DNA from: an uncultured Anaerolineales bacterium
GTDB lineage: Bacteria; Chloroflexota; Anaerolineae; UBA2200
NCBI GenBank assembly: GCA_964478075.1
Contig: CAYZGO010000004.1
Coordinates: 60,492-124,491 of the forward strand
DNA length: 64,000 nt
Reading direction: 5' to 3'
Each line of letters starts with the position of its first letter. The stretch's first letter is position 1. Below the pieces are notes generated by a model. It did not search any database, had not been told where the DNA came from, and saw only the letters and a list, made by a program, of their open reading frames with translations. A program made the position numbers and the translations under genes. Shown one piece after another: positions 56,549-64,000 of the stretch.

Positions 56549-57754
56549 TCATTGAGTGGAACCGCATATCCGGCCGCCGTAGATATCCATTATGTAATCA
56601 GCGCCGATGTCGGACGATTTGCCAAAATTGTAAGCATACCTCCCCCGCGCGCTGACGATCTTGTCCCTGTACAATTCCCTATGCGCCAACAAATCAGAGA
56701 CTATTACGCCGGCGTTGGAAACGTCATCAACGCCAATGACCTGGCCGATCTGGTCCCTAAGCAACACCTCTAGCGGCTCAATTCCGAGTCTTCCGTACTC
56801 TGGATTGCGAACCTTCCTTGGCAGATCGATGAAGAGGACCGGCCGCTCCGTGCCAAAGGCATACTCCAGCGCCACGCCCGACCAGTCGGAGACAAGCACA
56901 TCTGCCTCGTGAATGAACCTTTCCGACACGGTCTCGGTATCCAGACGAAAGTTCTTGTGGAATCCAAATTCTTGCTCAAGCGCGAGAAGTTGCTCCGGCT
57001 TCTTGGCGATTGTCATTGGATGTGGCCGGAACACTACGTCATAACCCGCGTCGAGCAGTGTGCCGATCAATTCACCAGCGCAGGTCTCGATGATACTGCA
57101 AGGCTGCCAGCTCGGTGCAATGAGCACGCATTCCCTCGGCTTCACTTCTGAAGCGGATTCCCGAAGGTAGTCTTCGTGATCGGCAAAGATCTTCTCGACT
57201 CTGTAATAGCCGACCTCGAGAAGGCACTTTGGTTCCAGACCGTAGACCTCTTCGCTACGTCGCACCTCCCGGAAGTGGTGAGGGCCAGCACAGAAGATTG
57301 TGTCGTAGTAATCAAAGGCCCCCTGCCGATAGACCATGTGAGTGCTCAGCAAGGAATGGAAGACATACACGTGATTCGTGTCGTAGACCGATCTCCTGAT
57401 GTGATACTGATTGAGGTCCGGCATGGTCATGACGACCACCTTCGCGTCCAGGAAAGCCAGGACAAAGGGAAAGAGGACATTGAAGTAAAAGGTCGTGATG
57501 TTCGGTGAGTTCCCACGCAGCATGGGGTCACTGGAGTCAGAGGTAATGTAGCACAGCTTAGCGCCATGGTTACTAATCAAGGCGTTCATCAAGCCTTCGA
57601 AAAAGGATATGTACTGCGCTTGCGATGAATAGAAGACGATGTCCTTCAAATGCCTATCAGTTCGCTTGAAGAACCTGTAGAACGATGAGCATTCTTGCAG
57701 TAGCAAGGAGAGCTTGTTCACAAATACCTCTGCTGGGGCGGCTTGTGACGCCAT
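56549..57754 (-). CDS. CDP-glycerol glycerophosphotransferase family protein (TagB/TagF-like)
   Basis: C-terminal GT-B half with ...DVLVSDWSGVALEYAFGTERPVLFID... typical of the TagF family. Start tentatively at ATG 57754 (MASQAAP); the longer ORF overlaps the upstream MFS gene. Confidence 0.65.
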   Translation of the reverse strand: MASQAAPAEVFVNKLSLLLQECSSFYRFFKRTDRHLKDIVFYSSQAQYISFFEGLMNALISNHGAKLCYITSDSSDPMLRGNSPNITTFYFNVLFPFVLAFLDAKVVVMTMPDLNQYHIRRSVYDTNHVYVFHSLLSTHMVYRQGAFDYYDTIFCAGPHHFREVRRSEEVYGLEPKCLLEVGYYRVEKIFADHEDYLRESASEVKPRECVLIAPSWQPCSIIETCAGELIGTLLDAGYDVVFRPHPMTIAKKPEQLLALEQEFGFHKNFRLDTETVSERFIHEADVLVSDWSGVALEYAFGTERPVLFIDLPRKVRNPEYGRLGIEPLEVLLRDQIGQVIGVDDVSNAGVIVSDLLAHRELYRDKIVSARGRYAYNFGKSSDIGADYIMDIYGGRICGSTQ

Positions 57755-59043
57755 AGCGGGATCATCACCGCCGCTCCCAGGAACGCGCAGGCAATCCAGA
57801 AAGCAAAGCCCGCGTTCCATCCCCAGCGGTCGACCAGCAAACCGGTACCAACCGCTTGCAAGCCCGCGCCCAGATAGCCCCAACCATCAATGAACCCCGT
57901 GGCCGACGCTGCAGCCTTGCGCGTCCCAAAGTCCATCGGCGCCGCAGCTATGATCATGACGTGCGCTCCAAACACGGCGAACCCAACCGTCGCCAGCATG
58001 ATCAGCCCCAGAAGCCACTGATTCACCGGCACGGCAAAACACCACGCGCAGGCCAAAATGCCAGCCAGCACCAGACTGATGACGGCCACCGGCGACCGAC
58101 GGGACTGAAAACAACGATCGCTTGCCCACCCGGCAAACACCGCCCCCAGGGCGCCTGCAATGGGGAAGATCACCGCCGAGTAAGCCGCTTTGTCAATGCC
58201 TGCTTTCTGGGTCTCAAAGAGATAGGTCGGCGCCCACGTCAGGAAACCGTAGCGCATAATATTCACGAAGAACAACCCAAAGCCCATCAGCCAGACTCGA
58301 CTATTGCCAATACTATGCTTCAGAGTGTAGCGCAGGCCTAGGTATTTGTCCTCAGACCTGCCCTCTGTCTCTTCCGAAGCCTCTCCACCTCTCTCGAACT
58401 CCTCCAACGTTGGCAAACCAACACTCTCAGGGGAGTTTCTGGCTCTGAGATACCAATGAACGGCCGATAGCAGCAGCAGAGTGCACGGAATGAAGAACGT
58501 CGCCCGCCAACCAAACCGGGCGGCGATGAACCCGGCAAGGGCCACGGAAATAGCGCCGCCCAGAATGTAACTGGTGCCCAGCCGGCCGGACATCTTTCCC
58601 CGCATAGAGGGTGGGAACCAATTGGCTAATGTCTTGACAGTCGGCGCCCAGCCCATGGACTGCGCGTAGCCGTTGATCGCCCAGATAATGATCATCACTA
58701 CCATCGCCTGGCTGAAGCCAAACAACAGGTTCGCCAGCGCCGAGACAGCGAGACCAACGGTGATCAACACACGAGCGCCCAGCCGATCAGCCAGTTGACC
58801 GTTGATAAACTGTCCGATAGCGTAGGCCCAGAAAAGTGCCGTTCCGATGGCCCCCACATCCGCCCGCGTCCACCCAAAGTCGGCCATGATGCCCGGCAAA
58901 GCCACAGAAAAGTTGACACGTCCCAGGTAGTAGGATGCATAAGTGATCCAGAGGATTAAGAAAACACGTCGGCGCCAACCTTCGAGCACGCTTACCTGTT
59001 GTGCCCGCCTGCGCCTAGCCGCAGAAACAGCAGAATCAGCCAT
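57718..59043 (-). CDS. MFS transporter, organophosphate:phosphate antiporter family (GlpT/UhpC-like)
   Basis: RRRVFLILWITYASYYLGRVNFSVALPGIMADFGW N-terminal signature of the OPA family, 12 TMs. Start at the ATG (MADSAV) with a GAGGGAG RBS. Confidence 0.75.
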   Translation of the reverse strand: MADSAVSAARRRRAQQVSVLEGWRRRVFLILWITYASYYLGRVNFSVALPGIMADFGWTRADVGAIGTALFWAYAIGQFINGQLADRLGARVLITVGLAVSALANLLFGFSQAMVVMIIIWAINGYAQSMGWAPTVKTLANWFPPSMRGKMSGRLGTSYILGGAISVALAGFIAARFGWRATFFIPCTLLLLSAVHWYLRARNSPESVGLPTLEEFERGGEASEETEGRSEDKYLGLRYTLKHSIGNSRVWLMGFGLFFVNIMRYGFLTWAPTYLFETQKAGIDKAAYSAVIFPIAGALGAVFAGWASDRCFQSRRSPVAVISLVLAGILACAWCFAVPVNQWLLGLIMLATVGFAVFGAHVMIIAAAPMDFGTRKAAASATGFIDGWGYLGAGLQAVGTGLLVDRWGWNAGFAFWIACAFLGAAVMIPLWRHKPPQQRYL

Positions 59044-59089
59044 TATCACATCTCCCTCGTCACTAGGAACGCTTCTTCTCGTGACTGTA

Positions 59090-60664
59090 CTATCGCTTGC
59101 GCCCCAGCAGGATAACGTACCTAAAGTCACACAGCACGTCGTCGCCAGCGAGTGTCATGTTGTAGTACTGCTTGCCTGTCTCGTCCAGGTTCAAGTGCAT
59201 TTGCATGATCCTGTCCTGTTGCTCCTGGGGCAGCCCGCTGTTCTGCAGCCAGTTGCCGATGCTGACCTGTGGCGACGTATGCTTCAGCACCTGCTCGACC
59301 TGAAAACCCCCGCCTGTCATCAGCGCCACGAGGTCCTCTTCAAAAAACGTTAGTCGCTCCTCCTTCAGCGCGAACATGCGCGTGTACCAGTCCCCTAGCG
59401 AGCGGTCGGGCGGCACACCTTCCGAAAGCACCATCACGCCTCCTGGCTTCAGCACCCGGTAGCACTCCCTAATCGCTTGATCGCCACCCTCGATCAGGTG
59501 ATGGAAGATCATGCGCGCCATCACCTTGTCGAACCGCTTGTCGGGAAACCGCAGCTTGCGAACGTCTCCCTCTTCAAAGACCTCGTTCGCCACCCGTGAC
59601 GCCCAGGCAAGCGCCAGCATTTGCGGCGAGGTGTCAACACCCACCACCTCAGCCACGAACGGCGATACGGCATGCGCTACAGTGCCTGCGCCGGTGCCCA
59701 CGTCCAGTACCCGGTCCGTGGGTTGGAAATCCCCTGCTGCCACGAGAGCCTGCAAATATCCTTCCCGCCGGGCCCACTCAAGCTGTTCGTACCTCCTGGC
59801 TCTCACCGCCCAGAACTCCCGCTCCAGACCTCGCTCACCCGAAGTGTCCAACCACCGCCGGGCCCGCGCCAAGTCCTGGGGCGTGTCCAGTTCGGCCCAG
59901 TCCCCCCAGATATCTACCGGCTCCACGCACACGCCCAGGTCAATCAGCTCCTGAATCATGTCAGTCAGATAGGCCACCCGGATGTTCGGTGCCTTGTGGA
60001 ACGGGCGCGCCAGGTACTCGTCGCGGATCTCGTTGTAGCGGTCGCGCATTAGGCGCGCCGCCCCCTGGCTGAACTTGGCCAGGCCGATGAATTCCCCGTA
60101 GGCCTGTTCAGACGGCAGGTGTTTGCCGATCTCCACCACTCGTCCGTTGTCCACCACAACTTTCTCGGCCTGAGACTCTGGATGAAGAGTGCGGCCCATG
60201 TATGCCTTCCGCCAGTCCCGGTCCACCACCAGTGCAATCTCGGCGTCGCTGGCTGTCAGTCGCTGTGCCGCACTGCGCCGGTACACAATGTCAGAGTAGG
60301 ACACCACGACCGCCGTGTCCATCTCCGGCGCGGCGTACATGAGCGACTCCAGAATGTTATTGTCCGCCCACTCCGTATTATTGTAGAACCGCAGATGCGG
60401 GTAGGTCTGTACGACTTTCTCCACGTGGTACCCACCGATGAAGACGACGTCATCAATCCCGGCGTGCGCGAGCGAATCCAGAATCCAATCCAGCACACGC
60501 TGCGCCCCCACCCCATCCATCATACACTTCGGTATGCTTGCCGTCTCTGGCATCAGGCGGATGCCCCGTCCGGCTCCTATTATGATTGCTTTCATACCAC
60601 TATGAGCAGGACGAGACCCACTTGCATCCCGAAACGAGCTCGGGGTATTCCCGCTAGTCATCAT
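59090..60664 (-). CDS. bifunctional protein: N-terminal LicC-type nucleotidyltransferase (NTP_transf_3) fused to C-terminal class I SAM-dependent methyltransferase
   Basis: KAIIIGAGRGIRLMPETASIPKCMM (nucleotidyltransferase G-loop) then VLDVGTGAGTVAHAV...VLKPGGVMVL (methyltransferase motifs I and post-I). Alternative start ATG 60595 (MKAIIIG). Confidence 0.7.
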   Translation of the reverse strand: MMTSGNTPSSFRDASGSRPAHSGMKAIIIGAGRGIRLMPETASIPKCMMDGVGAQRVLDWILDSLAHAGIDDVVFIGGYHVEKVVQTYPHLRFYNNTEWADNNILESLMYAAPEMDTAVVVSYSDIVYRRSAAQRLTASDAEIALVVDRDWRKAYMGRTLHPESQAEKVVVDNGRVVEIGKHLPSEQAYGEFIGLAKFSQGAARLMRDRYNEIRDEYLARPFHKAPNIRVAYLTDMIQELIDLGVCVEPVDIWGDWAELDTPQDLARARRWLDTSGERGLEREFWAVRARRYEQLEWARREGYLQALVAAGDFQPTDRVLDVGTGAGTVAHAVSPFVAEVVGVDTSPQMLALAWASRVANEVFEEGDVRKLRFPDKRFDKVMARMIFHHLIEGGDQAIRECYRVLKPGGVMVLSEGVPPDRSLGDWYTRMFALKEERLTFFEEDLVALMTGGGFQVEQVLKHTSPQVSIGNWLQNSGLPQEQQDRIMQMHLNLDETGKQYYNMTLAGDDVLCDFRYVILLGRKR

Positions 60665-60890
60665 CCTTTTCCTGTTCTTGCCCTCTGGAGAATAGATTCT
60701 TGAAGAAGACCTTGATCTTATTCCAGTATGCCTTTACCATAAAGAATCCACCGACCAAGACAGCCATAAGCATCTGAACCGCGAGGTTGCCAGTTGATGG
60801 GTCAATGTAGGCACAAGCTTTCTGAGGCAAGATCAGACAGAACAGAGAAAGGACAGCAAGTGCCCTGATTAACCGTGTTAGGTATTCCAT
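60654..60890 (-). CDS. small membrane protein (78 aa), hypothetical
   Basis: Two hydrophobic segments. AT-rich. Overlaps the downstream gene start by 11 nt. Confidence 0.3.
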   Translation of the reverse strand: MEYLTRLIRALAVLSLFCLILPQKACAYIDPSTGNLAVQMLMAVLVGGFFMVKAYWNKIKVFFKNLFSRGQEQEKDDD

Positions 60891-61393
60891 CGTGATTCCC
60901 TTCGCCTAGATTGAGGCAAGTCTGATTATGAGCACTACGCATGGTATTCCAGGTACCCAACTGCGTAGCGCCGGAAATATAACACAGGCTCTCTCAAAAG
61001 GCAAAACTCCCTCCCGCTCACACCTGAGCAGGCCATGAAATGTCCCACTTTGCCGCGCGCTCGCTGAGCGCCCTAAACTCTAGGTGTGAGTTCCGCACAA
61101 TTTGAGAACAAGGCGGGCCTGAGAAGGTCCCAAGCCTGCCAAGTAGCGACAGGATGAACGACACCAAGATAAGTTGGGAGGCCATCCACCTGTCTTGCGA
61201 CGGCAAGGCGAATCCTCCACGAATACTCTACAACGCCATTCGTGTATTCGCCGCTCGTGCTCTGCATGCCCTCGCTTTGCATGCCCTACGGGCGACGGGC
61301 GACGGGCGACCGCCATGACGGGGTGTGCTCATTCGTGGAGGGCAATCATGGCTGTAATCGTTGTCCAGAGTCCCAATCCCTCATCCCTGATCT

Positions 61394-62398
61394 TTAGTAG
61401 TAAATCGTCTCCACCATCGGCTCGAATAGGGCCCGATAGCCATCGTCTGTGGACCCTATACACGCTCCACTGAGCGGGCAGCGGCCAGGACAATCGTATC
61501 GAAAAGACAAACGTACGCTGCATTGCGTAAAGTCGCACTGCTCACAGCGGGCTCGGCGCGCATAGTGACAACAACTCCGCCCAATAGTCCAGAAGAGTTC
61601 GTCCAGAGTAAAGACCTCGATACCAGACAACTCTTCTACGCGCTTGTAGGCCCATTTGACCGCTGAGCGGATTTCATCCTCTTCGGCACAAGTCGCAGGC
61701 ACCTTTCCCCTCAGGCGCTGCAGCAGTTGTTCGTCGGACACCTGCACTATACCGCTGCGCAGAGCCACACGCAACAGGTGATAGTCCACTGGGATAAACA
61801 GGTGCTGCTTATCCTTCGCCTCCCACAGGCCAAGCCGCTGCCAGATCTTCAAGAGGACAAAAGCCTTCTTCAGGTGCGGATCGTAGTATCCGGCGAGTTC
61901 CGACAGCACGTCAAGGAGCCCCTTTCCATCGTCTCGCCTCAGATAGCCACCGCTTTCAGTCAGCAACTGCCCCAGTGCCCCACCATACCTTCGCAGCAGG
62001 GCCATTGCTGTCTCCTGTAACAGCTTTGCACGCTCCTCCCCTCGGTTGATCAGCGGGCGGGCAGGATCGCCCTTCGCCGAGAAGATGGCCTTGAAGCGCT
62101 CTGGCGTGATGGTAGCCAGACGCTGTGCAGAAAAGGCCTCCGCATCCCGCTGGACTTGGCGCCGTGCCAGGGCGAAGAACAGGTCCGAGCCATGATAGGA
62201 CTGGCCATCCAGAGTGGCGCTCATGCCCTTGAAATCGAACAGCAAAGTGCAGAGAAAGAAGTAGCACTCGCGCAGCTGCAGCGGCGTGAGATCAGGCAAG
62301 GAGCTTTCAATCGTAGCATACACAGCGGCCTGTAGATTCAGCTCCCTCAGGCGGTTCGCAATGAGCGCACAGCGTGCTTCATCAACTGTCACTGGCAT
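61394..62398 (-). CDS. hypothetical protein, possibly DUF2419/queuosine-salvage (Qng1-like) fold, with a C-terminal Cys-rich extension
   Basis: Helical protein with PVDYHLLRVALRSGIV. C-terminal CCHYARRARCEQCDFTQC...CPGRCPLSGAC cysteine cluster. Family assignment from memory only. Confidence 0.35.
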   Translation of the reverse strand: MPVTVDEARCALIANRLRELNLQAAVYATIESSLPDLTPLQLRECYFFLCTLLFDFKGMSATLDGQSYHGSDLFFALARRQVQRDAEAFSAQRLATITPERFKAIFSAKGDPARPLINRGEERAKLLQETAMALLRRYGGALGQLLTESGGYLRRDDGKGLLDVLSELAGYYDPHLKKAFVLLKIWQRLGLWEAKDKQHLFIPVDYHLLRVALRSGIVQVSDEQLLQRLRGKVPATCAEEDEIRSAVKWAYKRVEELSGIEVFTLDELFWTIGRSCCHYARRARCEQCDFTQCSVRLSFRYDCPGRCPLSGACIGSTDDGYRALFEPMVETIYY

Positions 62399-62554
62399 AA
62401 GGACAACCTCGTACTTTCAAGTAGCGATACCAGGGCTGGCAAACTGAGCCAAGCCCACAACAGTAGGTATCACATCACCTGTTTCCCGGAAAACAGTATA
62501 CGATGAATTGGCCTCCTGTGCAAGCCACTCTCTTCGTGGGCTTGGGCATAAGCA

Positions 62555-62651
62555 GACCCTCCCGGAGGTTACCAACAACGCCTTGCACTTTGTGCGATCT
62601 GTCAAGCGTCCCGGCGGGGCACTCACCATGCCATCAGAACCTCCGGGAGGG
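62555..62651. repeat. long-loop REP-like element, copy 2 (CTCCCGGAGGTTACCAACAACG ... GGGCACTCA ... ATCAGAACCTCCGGGAGGG)
   Basis: Homologous to 32852-32950. Its stem uses the canonical CCCTCCCGGAGG arm. Confidence 0.6.
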
Positions 62652-62783
62652 TTCGCCTGGTGCAACAAACTGTTGCCCACTGAGGGAACTTGTGCTATAC
62701 TGCGTCAGGGTTGGCAGTACGCAGCCAAGGGTCTTTTTCACTCCCCTTCGAAAAGGTGTTGGGCAAAGAATCGGAGCATAGGA

Positions 62784-63518
62784 ATGGAAGCCACAAATCG
62801 CGGGCGATATAACAAGGTTTGGAAACACGCTTCTGCGCAAGAACCGCACATCTGGCCTAGTTGGGAGATCGTCAAGGACTCTCAGGGCAAAAGATGCCTG
62901 GAGATAGGTTGTGGAAACTATCCCAAACTTCCGCTTGAGGACGGTTTCTTCCTGGATTTGAGTGAGGTCGCCGCATCCAATTTGAGAGCCAGAGGGCTCA
63001 CTGCCTGTGTAGGTTCTGCCGAGAACCTTCCTTTTGCAGACAATCGCTTCGATTTGACAGTTGCGTGGGAAGTTCTGGAGCACATTGATGATCACGAAAA
63101 AGCCTTTTCGGAGATTGCAAGGGTCTTGAAAAAGAGGGGGGCCTTGCTTCTCTCCGTTCCCCTGGACCAAGACAGATTCAGTCAGCTTGATGCCGTTGCC
63201 GGTCACAAGCGCCGCTACGAACCGCAAGAGCTGGCAAGAATCCTGAAGAAGAGCAGTCTCAGTGTTGTCAAGTTCCGCTGTCCGCAGCTTCTCAAGCGTC
63301 TTAGCAAGATACCGGGTTTCACGTCCCTGCTGAACAAACTCTACAGTTGTCCGGCCCACACGCGCTATTTTGGCCTTCCGAGACCTCTTCTCGGCCTCCT
63401 CACCAGAGTTACCAGTTTCCTAATCAGGATCTCTTCTGGCCCCTGGAAGACCGGGGCGCTCGAAGAGCTCAGGGACGAGGCTGAAATCAACGTTCTCTGC
63501 CGGAAGACTGTGAACTGA
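62784..63518 (+). CDS. class I SAM-dependent methyltransferase (Methyltransf_11-like)
   Basis: LEIGCGNYPKL (motif I), then FDLTVAWEVLEHIDD and LKKRGALLLSVP. Start at the ATG (MEATNRG). Confidence 0.7.
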   Translation: MEATNRGRYNKVWKHASAQEPHIWPSWEIVKDSQGKRCLEIGCGNYPKLPLEDGFFLDLSEVAASNLRARGLTACVGSAENLPFADNRFDLTVAWEVLEHIDDHEKAFSEIARVLKKRGALLLSVPLDQDRFSQLDAVAGHKRRYEPQELARILKKSSLSVVKFRCPQLLKRLSKIPGFTSLLNKLYSCPAHTRYFGLPRPLLGLLTRVTSFLIRISSGPWKTGALEELRDEAEINVLCRKTVN

Positions 63519-63739
63519 CCAGAGTGCTTCATCTCTGTTTAACCGATTTTCCTCACAGCAAAGCCTTCGGCTCGGGATTGGTTCGGACTATGACAATTGC
63601 CGAAGGCGCCGAGAGGTGCGACTTTCGGTTCAAAAGAGGGCGGGAAACAAAACAAGGGTGGCCCCCACCGTTTCTCAAACGGGATGAATCCTGATGGTTC
63701 GGGCCAAAAAGGTATGTCCATTATAGTTGGTGCTCTCAT

Positions 63740-64000
63740 CTACTTGGAGGCGGAGGTTGTAACATGCGGCGGAGATACCCCATATTGGAGTTCGATTCCA
63801 CGCCAGGCGCGGTAATCGACCCCAGGCACCTCGTCGAAGGCATTGACGCGCCTAAGCATTGTGTCATCTGCTTCTTCCAGGATGTTATCAATAGCCTGTG
63901 TCAGGACGGCAAAGCCAGGGTAATCGCACGCCTGAGGAGCGAAATTGGAGCACACCCAGTGCACGAGCTGGAGCTCGAAGGAAAGCGTCTGGCCGTTCTT
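63740..64000 (-). CDS. partial ORF (C-terminal end only; continues beyond window end), function unknown
   Basis: Open minus-strand frame from the window edge to a stop at 63740 (…LQLVHWVCSNFAPQACDYPGFAVLTQAIDNILEE…). Confidence 0.25.
   Translation of the reverse strand, partial: KNGQTLSFELQLVHWVCSNFAPQACDYPGFAVLTQAIDNILEEADDTMLRRVNAFDEVPGVDYRAWRGIELQYGVSPPHVTTSASK

Overview
This 64 kb window is a high-GC (about 60%) bacterial chromosomal segment. No taxonomic assignment is attempted. It is mostly housekeeping genes (miaB, galK, galU, cca, hutU, rnc, hisS with tRNA-His, fpg, tsaA/trmO-like, ybaK-like) interleaved with accessory content. The accessory content includes two different REP-associated tyrosine transposase (RAYT / IS200-like Y1) genes, each with its own family of palindromic REP-like repeats, dispersed single copies of which show compensatory base changes. 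One is a six-unit tandem array with 54 bp periodicity of a palindromic repeat. A CTGGYAA heptanucleotide tandem repeat lies immediately 5' of two genes in the same orientation; one is a family-9 glycosyltransferase (GT9) that lacks any canonical start codon. A three-gene cell-surface cohesin/dockerin/LysM module includes a giant protein of about 1,686 aa. A translationally coupled glycan-biosynthesis operon contains two radical-SAM enzymes, and an AT-richer teichoic-acid-like module (LTA-synthase-like, TagF-like, GlpT-like, cytidylyltransferase-methyltransferase) is probably horizontally acquired. Smaller oddities are an in-frame amber codon in degV, a frame discontinuity at the 5' end of a polyferredoxin gene, a twice-occurring sRNA/terminator-like element of about 73 bp, two GAAACCCGTTTTC hairpins and a 21-bp perfect palindrome in an 825 bp non-coding gap. 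All functional calls are from reading motifs in the supplied translations; no database search was run.
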